Shown: piece after piece, positions 51,816 to 64,000 of the stretch
Position numbering within the stretch: position 1 is the stretch's first letter
How the letters are laid out: each line of letters begins with the position of its first letter
Assembly: GCF_001194135.2 (NCBI RefSeq)
Contig: NC_068988.1
Location: 37,912,377 to 37,976,376, forward strand
Length of the DNA stretch: 64,000 nucleotides
Reading direction: 5' to 3'
Origin: Octopus bimaculoides
Lineage: Eukaryota
Translations under genes and position numbers: made by a program
The notes under the pieces: generated by a model
Told to the model about the DNA's origin: nothing
Seen by the model: the letters and a program-made list of their open reading frames with translations, nothing else
Database searches by the model: none

Positions 51816-53869
51816 AGATAGAAGATAAACATTTTCAAAATCTTAATGATCGTTTTTCTTTCATAGGCATAAGATGAGAAATTTGGGAGGAGGTAACGGT
51901 TAATTGCATTCAACCCAGTATTTGATAATTCTAGAAGGATGAGGATTGACATCGGCAGAATTGAAACTTAGAATGTAAAATCTGTGACTAACTACTGCAA
52001 GGTATTTTGTTCAATGCTATAATGACTCTGGATAGTGGTGATAATGATCTCTTGATGAAGTACAAAGCATAGGAAAGTGAGAAGATAGTCTTTGAATGAA
52101 CCTTGGCTTTTATTGGTACTTACGTAATTGGCACCAGAGTGAGGCAAAGTAAAGGTCAGCATTGTGAGATGAAATTAGATGTCACAGCTGCTGTGCTTGG
52201 TTTGAATTCACCTTGCTCACTGTTGTAACTACCACCAAAAGCCTCAATGTAATCATTTAAGTTGCTAGAAATGATAGCCAGTTATTCCTCAAATAATATG
52301 CTAATTATCTTGAAAAAAAATACGATGGTCATGTCTGGAATACATTTGGTCATGTCTTTTCAATCAAGGCTGACCAAGGCTAAACAAAAAATGTGTTCAC
52401 TTTATCTTCTGTAATTAACAACTAAATTTCCCATAAATTACATGCTAAAATCTTAAATAAAAAAAAATAAAAAAAACGTCATTATGGTCAAGTTTGAAGC
52501 ACCTTTAATTATAGGTCTGCTCAATCGTGGTTGATCTGGGGTTACACAATAACATTTAAATACTACAAAGCATTTATGTTCCTGCCAAAATCACAGAAGA
52601 TTTCTGTGAAACTAGATACAGTCAATTTCATAGATCCGAGTATTGACTGTTGCTTATTTTATTGACCTTGGAAGAATGAAAAGTAAAGTTGACTTTGGCA
52701 GAATTCAAATTTAGAACGTTAAAGGATGTATCTAAAGACATTCATAGCAGAATTGTGGAAGAACATCATAGCCATGTGTTGAGAGGAATTCTTTGTAGTT
52801 TGAATAATTCACCTCTGGAAACATCCCTGAATTGTTTTGGATTTTGGCACAAAGCCAGCAATTTTAAGCCAAGGAATTTGTTAATGTTGATTGGCACTTG
52901 ATTTTATTGACTCCAGAGAAATAAAAAATAAAATTTTAAAGTTAACCCTGGCAGGAATTCAACTTAGAACATAAAGAGCTGCATAGAATACTGCATGCTA
53001 TTTTGGCTGATGTTTTAACAGTGAAAGTCATCATCTCAATCAAGGGAAGACAGGAAATTTACTAGGGGAGATGTAAATATTTCTTTATATTGGCTCATGT
53101 ATGCATCAGATAGTTATTTTATCATCCCTGGGGTGATCAAAGGCAAAAATAGGCTCTGATGGTGTTTAATTAAATTTGGAATATTGTACCTATACACACC
53201 ACATATATATATGTGTGGGTATGTATATGTATTCAGAAGTTGTTTTCCTACTATTTCTTTGACTTTCATGCTGTGGATGTTTGTCAGATGGTATGAAATT
53301 CTTCAAGTTTCTAGTGAATAAAATTAATGACCTCTACATGCTTGGAATATTCAGATTCTTGTTGCAAAAGAAAATCAACACCATATGTCTGAAATTTTTA
53401 TAAATGTGTATATAAAATACTGCGAGTCATTTTGTCTGATTCTGTGTGTGTGTGTGTGTGTGTATATATATACACACACACACAAATGTATTTATAAATA
53501 TCTATGTGTATTTGTGTGTGCAATGTATACATGTATTTGTATATATGTATGTAATGGAAGGTGAACAGGGGTGTTGGTGAGCAATAATAAATATGAATGG
53601 GAGGACAATAAATGTGTGTCAATTGGGAGTAACTCAGGGGAGAGGGAGTAGTGACTGGCAGTATATAAATGATGATGTGAACTTGTTTGTAATAAACAAG
53701 TTCTAATTTCATTACTTAAAGCAGCAGAACAATACAGTTGATTGGAAAGTAATGGAGGGATGTATGATAGGTAGATGAAGGATGAGTTACAGGTTGCAAG
53801 AGTGTGGGGGAGAGTGGAAGATGAATAAAATAAGAATGGGAGTGGACAATTGTATATGTGGGAGGGACA

Positions 53870-54365
53870 CGCTGCGTATCTCCTGTTATGTTGGTCCTTT
53901 CTCATTTTCTCTGAGGCTCAAAATCCTGAGATCAGCTGTCATCACCTCCTCTCACATCTTCCTAGATCCCCCTTTTCTACAGCTTCTGTTTACTGTAAGT
54001 GATTGGTCTTTTTTTTTTGTACAGTTATCTTCATTGTTATATGTTGCATGTTCAAACCAATTCAGTTTTTTCTCTTGCACATTATAACTATTTTCTCCTG
54101 TACCCAGTTTTTCTCTCTACATGTTTTTACTTTGCTATTCATGCACACTGACACTGCACATTCAGTGAATCATGTTTGCTTCATTCCTTTCTAGTTTTTG
54201 CAGGTTCTCTGCATTCACAGACACATCTCACTACCATGAAGCATTGCAGTTCAAACACTGACCTCATACAGTCTTCCTTTCATTCTGAGACAAGTAGTAG
54301 CTCCTTGAACTTTCTCCACCCTGTTCTTAATGCTGGCAGCTATACTTTCAGAACATCCTCCACCT
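53870..54365 (-). mobile_element. RTE ORF C-terminal remnant
   Basis: Reverse frame GGCSESIAASI..RMKGRLYEVSV*TAMLHGSE, homologous to 37060-37245. Confidence 0.75.
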
Positions 54366-54376
54366 CTGCTAATTAG

Positions 54377-54456
<80 letters not shown>

Positions 54457-54458
54457 TA

Positions 54459-54511
<53 letters not shown>

Positions 54512-55432
54512 ATATGTAAATGGTTAGTGTTAGATTATTTAAACTTTGTCAGATAGTGTAATATCAACAGAAGGAAAACATTATTTCTTACAGCTTTATT
54601 TTCCTGTGAATTTGATGTTAATGTTGGTATACAGATGGCAGTAGTAGTCAGCAGTTTTATAGTGTAAGGGGAAATAACAATGACAAAGCTCATGTACCTT
54701 TGGTAATAACTGTCTGTTGTGGATGTTAGGAGCAAGTTGTTGGCTAGAAATAGGAAGACATGTGGCTCTTGAGAGCAAAAGTGACTGTCCCTTAATATTC
54801 CAGTTCATATTTATACACGTTGCAAAGCTGAATATAGTTGGAAAACAATGGGTAGTAAAATAGCCTATCTATGTCAACCTGTATTTAACTCAAGAGTGTT
54901 CACTTAAACAATAGAACTTATCTGAGTTTGACGGTTGACCCTCAAACTTGAGTACTAAAGTCAAGAACAGTACACACTGTTAAATGGTTGGCATTAGGAA
55001 GAGCATCCAGCCATAGAAACCATACCACAACAGACAATTGGAGTCTGCTAGCCATCTCCTTGTCAAACCGTCCAACCCATGCCAACATAGAGAGGGAACA
55101 TTAAATGATGATACTTTTTTATTTTGTTTTAGAAATTTTCATGATGGGGATTGCCAAGTTATCTGTGATTCCATGAAGCAACTAATGATATAAGAAGTTT
55201 TGCAGACCCCTTGTTTAATACCCCATCCAGCATATCCTTCATCTTTGTTTTAGTGATAAGGTTTAATTTAAGGGATATTTAGCTGCTATTTCTGGTTAAT
55301 CAAATGACTATGTAGAGACTCTTCCATGCATGCTTGAAGTAAGATTAGTTTCTTGTACTCTGTGTCTGATTATTGTTTCTTTGCACTATATTTTGATATC
55401 ATGTTAGTGTAGTATTTACATTTATACATATA

Positions 55433-55476
55433 ATGAAATCAGTGCTCTCATTGTGTTTGTTGCTAATATGCTTGGA
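55433..55476 (+). CDS. Speculative signal-peptide exon MKSVLSLCLLLICL followed by a GTAAGT donor
   Basis: ATG with A at -3, basic residue then hydrophobic run, GA|GTAAGT at 55477; no matching downstream exon found. Confidence 0.2.
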
Positions 55477-56050
55477 GTAAGTATGAATGTCACACAGTCT
55501 CATTTCTCCACACTTTATAATCAGAAATCTTGCATGCAGTAAATCAATATTTCTTAAGTGCATAGATAACAAGTCATGGTAGACTTATTGTTAGATATAA
55601 TCTCCAGGAAATTTAAGCTTAAATTAAGAAATACAGGCACTGATAAATTCTCTGTATTCTGTGTGACTGTTATTTATGGAATATTCTGATTTCTTTTATT
55701 CATTTCAAATTATTGCCATTGTATGTCAATTATAATGAAATCAGATTCAAGTCCTAGTTGAGCAAACAAAAGCAACAATTTTGATCTTAATTAATACACA
55801 TTAATTATATTTATAGTAACACAATGACATCAATAGCTATTAGTACATCACGCACAGACATTCAGTTGATGAGAGAACTTCTGCATGGTTGCTCCAGCTG
55901 CTAGAAAATAGCATCCAAGTCTCTCTTAAATCAAGGGCCCCAACAATGGGGCTGTGGGTCATTTGGTACTAGGCTTCACAATAAAAATAAATTTAAAGAT
56001 TTTATTTTATTGACTCTTGCAGTCTAGTGGGTTTTTTTCCTCGTTATATA

Positions 56051-56830
56051 CAAGGTGTGGTGAATAAACTGTCGTCTAAATTATGCAAAATGAAAATAAC
56101 ACTAACATCTCATTTTAACAGATATATTGACCAAGATTACATAGAAATATCTTGAAATACTAATGAGTAAATTCATTCAATAAAATTGCTATTGGCTTCA
56201 ACCAGATGATTTCAGAATCTCCAGCAACTCTTCTGGATGGTCTCCTTGTTTAAGTTGGTCAATGCTGCTATAATCCTTACCTTCAGTTCATCTTTGGTGT
56301 TACAAGGAGTTTTGTTGGTCTCTCGCTCCACTGCATCTCACACATAATAATCAAAGGGGTTGCAGTGTGGGGAGTTAGGTGGCCAGATGTGAGGGGTGAT
56401 GTGGTCACAGAAATTGTCTGACAGCCATGACTGGGTTCTCTTGCTTGTGTACCATGGTGGAGGGTCCTGTTGCCAGACATAGGGTCTTCCAGCATTCACC
56501 CTGTTGACCCAGGGTAGCACTATTGCCTCCAGGCACTTGATGTAGGCCTCCATGTTGAGTGTGAGGCCGTGTGGGAAGATGAATGGAGGCATAATGTTGC
56601 CATCACTAGTGATCACTCTAAACACAATGATGTTGACTGAATGTTTGATTTTTATCACTCTCGGTACATGTCCTCAGATTGACACCCAAACACTCAGAAA
56701 TGTTTGCATTGGAGCTTCCGGCATGAATGCCAAGCTTTACAGCATATCGTTTCCAAATTTCTGGCAGAGCGAATTGCGTCACGGTACTGTTTTTCTCACA
56801 GATTGTAGAAACTTTCTGTTGTAATTGTAT
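56051..56830 (-). mobile_element. Internally deleted DD37D (maT) Tc1/mariner transposon
   Basis: WQQD-x37-D(YYV) counted in ORF 56338-56658; short N-terminus from 56782 joined at about 56670; terminus caaggtgtggtgaataaa after TA at 56049. Confidence 0.9.
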
Positions 56831-57410
56831 TTTGAACCCTTAACACTAGACATATAAAATATAACCCACTGGATTCCAACAAAGAAAAGAACTTGTAACT
56901 TGTTTTTCTTGAATAAGAGTTATATTATGACAATCAGCATTTATACAACTGTCTGTTACACTAAAAACTTTAGCGAGAATTTGAACATGGAAGAGAGACT
57001 GACTGCCAAGGAAATGACTGGTTGAACGTAACGTTCACATACTAAAAAACTATCGGTTGTCTTATTCCTAACATCTTCATCCATTTCTGTGAAAGAAAAT
57101 ACATCTGGCAGACCACATTTCTGTAGTTATGCCCTAAATTTAATAAGCGAATGATTACTATTAAATGAATAAAGGATTCAGAGGAAAAATTAGACGGGAC
57201 ACATCAGAAAAATTACACACACTAGGAATGAAATGTGTAAATATCACTTAACACCGAGCAGAAAACTGCCCGAAATCGTGTCTGCACCAGTTAATATTCA
57301 GATGTGTTTACCTATTTGTTTTCAGAAATAGGATTTTAAAATTTGTATCTTACTATGCTGAGGACATATGATAAAATTATGAATATTGAATTAAACAAAA
57401 AATGCATATT

Positions 57411-57594
57411 CAGTATCGCGGTTTATTATTTAAGCTTTCCTCTGTGGTGATGTTTTGCATTTATAATAAAATAAATATATACAAATTATAAAAATAATAA
57501 AAAAACTATAGAGTACTGTTTCTGCTTCGCAGATTTTCACCTATCGCGATGGGGTTTGGAACGTAACACTCGCGTTAGTCGAGGGATTACTGTA
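57411..57594 (-). mobile_element. Tigger/pogo-like MITE end, adjacent to a hAT-like end (57649-57661)
   Basis: Reverse strand tacagtaatccctcgactaacgcgagtgttacgttcc..cgcgataggtgaaaatctgcgaag. Confidence 0.6.
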
Positions 57595-60500
57595 ATTAGT
57601 CGATTCACCGCTATTTCTTGTGGAACACTAGAATTCCGAGAATACCGGTTGGGAAACGCTGAATTAGACTACACTTCATTGATGAGGTTTAATAAAGTTG
57701 AGACATGGCAGGAGCTGTCAGTTACTGCTCATGGTCAGACTCATAACTGCATTCCTTATTGAATTTTAAGCTTAGAATTCAAAAATTACCTTTCTCTGCT
57801 TCTTTATTTTTAAACATAGTTATTTAGAAAATTATTATTCTCATCTGAAGAAAATTGTGTTTATATAATTTTAATTTATTTGCAACTTCCTGACTTACGA
57901 CTCGCCCCCGCCTCTAAAATTGTGTCTATAGTAGAAAGGTTTATTATTCTTAGCTGTTGTTTTTAGAGCAGCCTTTCTTTTTCCAGGCACTGGAAATAGA
58001 GAAGTATCCGAATTGAGTTTGTGGTGTATAAAAGACGTTAGCTGCTGGATAATCGGTTAGAAAGATCGCCATTCACAATAGTTTGTAAGAAGGATGGCAT
58101 AGTTTATACAAATAAATATTGGCTTTCAAACGGAGAAAGTCCTGCCTCTAACAATGAAGTATGGAAAGCTGTAGGTGATGATATGTCTCTCAATTTACTT
58201 CGTTTGGGGGAAAAGTCAGTAAGACGAAGCACAAACGTAATTATTTACACCTGGATTTGTCTTGCTGTTTTCCTAGCCTCAATATTTAAAAAATTTCCTC
58301 TAATACATTTTTAGCTCTGAAACTGCACTTCTCTCCGTCACTGTTTTCGCAGCGACACACGGAAACGAGGGGAAATTAAGAGTAATGGTGGAAACTATTT
58401 CAAATAAGCTTTTCGCATGTGTACTTTTACTTTCGATGTGGTATGAGTTAAAATGAAACAATAATGGGAAATGTACAAAAATAGCTCGGCTATCCTGGAT
58501 GACCGAAACGAATAAGTTAATACTTCAAAATAGTTTTTTTTTTTCAGTGCCCCTCCTTTTTTAATAATAAAAATAACGATGACTTCTTTCCTTCTCTGAG
58601 TGTCTTATTAATACTTTGCATGCACCACGTCCTGGCGTTGTTGTTTTTTCTTGTCTTTTTTACTTCGCTATATATATATATATATATATATATATAGATT
58701 CAAAGTTGAATATGGTACTTATGCGTAGGCACCCGAATATCGTATCCCAAAAGGATAGGTGATCAAAATCAAAAAATATTCTTTATCCCACTTGGATTTG
58801 AAATGTTGCCACTTTTATAATATGTCTTTTCTACAGTAATTTTCTGCATTTTCGTGCAGCTGAAGATTGCTCTTCATATTGCATTTAATGTAATGCTCGC
58901 ATTATTTAAATAAATTGGAGTAGCATGNNNNNNNNNNNNNNNNNNNNNNNNNNNNNNNNNTATATATATATATATATATATATGAACATTGGGCAAGGCG
59001 AAACTGGATAAGTATTCTCTTAATGTCAACACAAATATCATCTTCGGGTTGCGTGTTGAGTTCTTTGTGCTTAGCAAAACAATAATCAGCATACACACAT
59101 CTTCGCTCAATAATATATTCTTATATAGTATGAATTCGTATGTCCTTTGTAAGTCACGACGTTTTCCTTGTGTAAATATATAATTAATTCTTTGGAAAGG
59201 TACGAAGTCTCACACTCGGAGCGAAGATCTTGGAAGTCTTGGCATTCCTACATTTATTAAAACGGAGGAAAGCATTCGTAGATATATTCAAAAGCAATTC
59301 AATTACGACCTTTCTCTTCCTTTCTTTTTCTCGATACAATGTACCTGAGACTTTAACTATGTTTTCTTTCGTGTTTTTTTTTTTTATGACAGTAATGTAT
59401 ATTTTGAGGGAGATTCACTTTGCTGTTTGTAGCAAGTCGTGAGACTACATAGTGCGTCCTTTCATTTGTTATCTAAAATGTGTCGTTGTTGCTACTGGGA
59501 ACACAGTTTTAGTGATCTTTGGCTAGTTCCATATGAATACATTGAAAAATTGTTTAAATTTATCAAAACCTGTTGCTCTTTCTGTGTTTGGTTTGATCTC
59601 TAGAGACATAAATAATCCTCTTTTGTCTAACCGTTTAATAGCACAATTAACGGTATCATTAAGCCGGTGGCTTTAATCCGGCTTAATTTGTCTATTTAAG
59701 CTAGGATTACATATTTTAAAAATTATTTTGTAATTGCTTTTGAAGTCTCTCTGTTGTCATCTGACTTGCTAGAAATACTAGCCAAATCGCCCTCATATCA
59801 CACCATAGTACCATAACGAAGAAGAGTAGGATTGTATTGGAGAATGTAGTACGCAGTATATATTATCATGTCTTTCACAAAGACGAAGGATTGTCTTTCA
59901 TGACTATTTGGCTCGGTCATTTCAGATCTGGCGCTAAACAATTTTGTTTCCTCTTTTTAATGCTCTTTCTTGTTGGTATATGTGAACGAGAGAATATTAT
60001 ATCTGTCGCTTTAACGGTGGGAGGGTAGTGGTTGTGAATGGTTATTAATGGCGATAGTGATTTCGTTTGTGACACCAAGAAAAAATGTTGCTTTGGCTCA
60101 GGTCACCTCTATTTTGGTGTGTGTATATCAGAGTCTGCATTTCAATGTATCCTTGTTTATGTAAGGCAGTTGGGTGTGATTTAAGGGGGATTCGGGCACT
60201 ATTTTTAGCAGATTAAGCAACTACTTATATTGGTGCGGTGGTGATATTCAAAACGATGTTAATGATGATATCGGTGGTGGTGGTAGTAGTAGTAGTAGTA
60301 GTGTGTGTGTGTGTGTGTGTGTGTGAGTGTGTGAGTGTGAGTGAGTGAGTGAGTGGGACGCCTCCGTCAACATCGTCTCTAAATATACAAATGTATGACA
60401 ACTCGGTTGGCTGAAGCGACAGCCGCCTCAAAGATGTGTTTTTCATCTCTTGCCCGCATTGTTGTTCTGACTCTTCCAGGCCAGATCTAATATAGCAGAC

Positions 60501-61499
60501 TTATGGATCAAAGACTTTTCAATCGTAATTCAAGCGTCGTTTTAGTAATGTTTAGGACTTAATCCTTCCTAATTTTAGATTGTAGTGTTTAACTAAGGAG
60601 ATTCGGCTGCTATTTCTAGCTGTTCAGGCGACCACATAGAGCTGTGTTTAGCTCTTCCAGCACTGTTCCTCTACATGATCACAGAATCTGCTAGAAATAA
60701 CTACCGAATTCTCTCAAACCATGGTTTTAAGTCTTTTTAAATAAAAAGGATGGAACTGCTTCGGACTAATAGTCAGTTTAGTGTCGTAAAATAAAGTAAA
60801 GTTGATTGCACTACAAGTGATGTTAGTGAAGTACCATAATTTCACAAATACATGCATCGAAAATATCACCAGTGTAAGGTGGTATAAGAGGTATTGAGTG
60901 TTTGGTGCTGTAGAAAGGGGTACAGGAGAATGTTGCCTAGTTGAGATCCTCGGTCGTATGTACGGAACAATTTGGCTCTTTATAACGCAATGGAATTTAC
61001 CGAGGACGTTATTGATATCCGATAAGAAGGATTCTTATGTTTAAACTACATATATACTTGTGAAATTGTGAGCCATTTTTAAAGTTTTGTTGATCCAATG
61101 ATGAGAGCATCCATACTCAAGTCTATCGAAAGGCGGTGGACATTTGCCGAGAAAAAAAATCAGGTGACAATGCAAGACGATCGATGCACTATTAACATTG
61201 TATCTGTATGAGTATAAATAACAAAATAAGTTTTGAGACCGCGAGAAAGTTATATGTATACTTTATGCATACTTTTCATGTTATATGAATATAACATCGA
61301 TAGAAAAAGTACCAGGCTTACAAAGAATAAGTCCTGGGGTCAATTTGCTCGACTAAAGGCGGTGCTCCAGCATGGCCACAGTCAAATGACTGAAACAAGT
61401 AAAAGAATAAAGAGTATAATGAAATGGGATTCCACTGTCATCACAGCAATCTTTTGGTATACTATATTTTCAGTTGCTCAATAAGATAATGTAAATAGT

Positions 61500-62160
61500 A
61501 TAACGAATAGTTTAAGTATAGGCTACTTTCTTCTATCATAGTTCGACATTTTCTCATGGCACCAGCAGATAAAATGGAAAAGGTGTTGCCCCAGAGAATA
61601 GCAAAGGAGATGCGCTGGAACAACCACTGACTTACGGTAGCTCGCACTTGCGGACAACAATCTCCGCTGCAATAGCAGTGAGCAGGGATATGGTCCTGGA
61701 GCCATGGACGCCAGAGCTCTCAAATGTTACACACTTGAACATAAACCTGTCAGAGAGCGAGTGATACCATAACACTTTGTATTTCTCAGCCTGACGAGCA
61801 GCGGAGCCTGGGCTGGAGAAGGTGTCACAGCATCTAGAATCCCGGATGAGGGGCCTACCGCATCGGAAAAATTGTTATACTGCCCGGCCTTTTACTGTCC
61901 CTTCGGCCTAGCCCTGCTGGCTCGAGCTGGGAAGGGAAGCTTGCGGCGTCTTGGCCCTGTTTTATGATCTTGTCAAGGGTGTCATGGCGTGGAAGGTGGT
62001 CAGGACTATGACGGCAGGACACTGTGGGTGGAGGCTAAAAATAATCCACTGTGGATCTGCAGCGGCATTCACGAGGCTCGCAGATCTGGAGACCAAGCCT
62101 CAGAGAAACGCCAATGTTCAGGCAGTCACTATCTTCTGGTATTAGTAGATGACGTCATTT
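61500..62160 (-). pseudogene. CRE-clade non-LTR retrotransposon 3' region: CCHC-like knuckle plus REL endonuclease
   Basis: Reverse frames NIGVSLRLGLQICEPRECRC..SC..RHDTLDKIIK..LEPAGLGRRDSKRPG / CDTFS..GSAARQAE..K / FESSGV.G / QWLFQRISFAILWGNTFSIL; stops and frameshifts. Confidence 0.85.
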
Positions 62161-63570
62161 ACCATCTTTTTCAGTTTAGCTTCTATGTCATCTGGGAAAC
62201 TAACGACGTCTCCTAATGACGAATGATTTCCGTCATCACTTTTGGCTTCTATAGCAATTTACCTCCACTTTTTTTAAGGACACTAAACTGCATATTAACT
62301 ATGCTTTGATCATAAGTTTGCTCAGTCATGGTTGATCTGGTATTTAGCCTCACCAACAACAATAATCATCAGCTGTATGCTGTTTGAGACTATGACAGTT
62401 AATTTCTCAAATGGCTACAATTCACAAGCAGAATAGGAACAACCTGTCACTATTAGCGGTAGTAACAATATAAAACTGTCGAATGTTGAGATTATGATGC
62501 TGAAAAAAATTATTTTTCGAAAATACCATTTTTTTTTTCTCACATGCCAGTTGCTTACGATATTTTCCCGCTTTCTTTTTGTGATCAATAACCGAAAGAA
62601 TATAATAGATAGCTGTACGTAAATAATTATATCCACGAATGTTTATCACAGCATACATAATCAGTTTTCAGATAATAATTTTATTCATTCCGATTAAACC
62701 AAAGCAGATTTAAACAATAATATGACACATCAACAAGATTACTTACTCACAGTCGTAATAAAACAACTCATGCATGAAGTTTTGGTAATGACAAAAAGTC
62801 ATATGTGATGCGAGAACCTCAGTTTAGGTGACATCTGGTCTCTATTAAGAATATCCAAGTAGATTATTTGAGTTTCGTTGGCAGATAAGCAAAATATCTG
62901 GAAATGTTTACCAGTCTTGTTATTACACGTTAATTATCAGAAACTACTTTTGCATTAAAAATTTCCATGCGAGCATATATCATAGTTTAAGTGAATGACA
63001 CCTCAAATAAGCTTGTTAATTTATTTTGTTATTTAAAAAAAAAAATGTTTAATCATGTTTGTCAATCTGTTTGTTTGGAGAACATTTAATTTTATAAATG
63101 AGATTAATTTAACAATGATAAAGGATTCTTAATAGTCTGTTTTTAGTTCATCATCTGCTTTATTAAAAATTTACATAGAACACAACCGTTCCAAGGAAAG
63201 AAAGTCGAGTGTGTTGCAGATTTCTTTTCTTAGTAGGTAAATGTGTGTTCCAAGAGGAGTAAGAATATATGACTTCTGCTAGTGTTAGTGGAGACCAGGC
63301 ATGGTTAACCGTTTTTGAGAAGTGGGCTGCATGAGACATGGCTCGTTATCTGGCGGGCTGTACTACTAAAAAATTGAAGGTAATTTTTTAGACATGCCTG
63401 TAGTGAAACTAACACCTCGATCGCCATTATATACAAAGAAGCCATCTTCTCTCGCTGTTATAAATATAATCAAGTTCGGGCGTAGTAGAAAACATCTTTC
63501 CCTGTCATCACATGACTAATTATTATTTGAAGCGGCAACTGCTTCGTACCGTTCTCGCCAGAACGCAAAC

Positions 63571-63680
63571 TGACCAATCACAGCTCCTAATAAGGTCACG
63601 TGATAGTGTTTTTCTAATACCTCTCTGGAGCCCCTATTCAGCTATAAATAGACTGCTAGATACTCAGCTAATTCGTCTCG
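63571..63680 (+). promoter_or_regulatory. Candidate RNA polymerase II core promoter: CCAAT box, E-box, TATA box
   Basis: tgaCCAATcac (63574-63578), gGTCACGTGAt (63594-63603), TATAAATA (63643-63650); canonical order and spacing; CpG-rich, no TE recognised. Confidence 0.6.
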
Positions 63681-64000
63681 GTTCAGATCTCTTAGAGACC
63701 TGTTCCGTGTACCACACAGCAGCAGCAGTTCCAGCGACAACAATCACAGCTTCGTACAACTACGACGTCGCCATCAGCAACACGACTCTACGACTACTAC
63801 AAGCATCGCCGCCGCCAGTCAACACGACACTACGACTACCACCAGCGTCAACACCACTTCAACTACGAACTACAAGATTCGCCAACATCGTCAACATGAT
63901 TTCTACGTACACCAGCTAACTAAAACTACCGCGGCACATCTCTCTTCGATTCTGTTTGTGCGATTCCTCTTCGCCACGATAGACAACAGACAAGAACCTA
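63680..64000 (+). other. Probable 5' UTR with a 7-codon uORF (63896-63919, MISTYTS*)
   Basis: C/A-rich, CpG-rich low-complexity leader downstream of the TATA box; first ATG in caacATG context closes after 7 codons. Confidence 0.4.

Noticed and set aside
58042-58312. 90-codon stop-free frame (RSPFTIVCKKDG..)
   Set aside because: No good acceptor, no recognisable homology; such frames are expected by chance in 64 kb.
63297-63399. p53-like half-sites (aggcatggtt, agacatggct, agacatgcct)
   Set aside because: Only one is perfect and none pair within canonical spacing; chance occurrence is likely.
63512-63919. 135-aa ORF as a real protein
   Set aside because: It starts upstream of and runs through the CCAAT, E-box and TATA motifs; low-complexity Thr/Ala/Pro composition with no recognisable domain.

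Overview
Repeat-saturated, AT-rich animal genomic DNA from a draft assembly with nine N-gaps. The SINE families, the (CAT)n/(TA)n/(CA)n load and the LINE mix look like a coleoid cephalopod (Octopus-like); this is recognition from memory, not a database result. No host protein-coding exon could be demonstrated. Almost all listed ORFs are microsatellite or gap artefacts or decayed transposon frames. The window holds fragments of RTE, CR1/L2, R4/Dong and CRE non-LTR retrotransposons, several tRNA-derived SINE families, an internally deleted DD37D (maT) Tc1/mariner, hAT-, piggyBac-, mariner- and Tigger-type MITEs, and several long palindromes. The most notable signals are: (i) a canonical CCAAT / GTCACGTGA / TATA promoter with a CpG-rich leader and a 7-codon uORF at the right edge; (ii) a Penelope-like repeat with minimal hammerhead-ribozyme topology; (iii) a CRE-clade REL-endonuclease remnant; (iv) CpG retention versus decay among same-family SINE copies, which appears to map methylation domains; (v) near-perfect hairpins. 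No novel multi-gene system is supported by the sequence.
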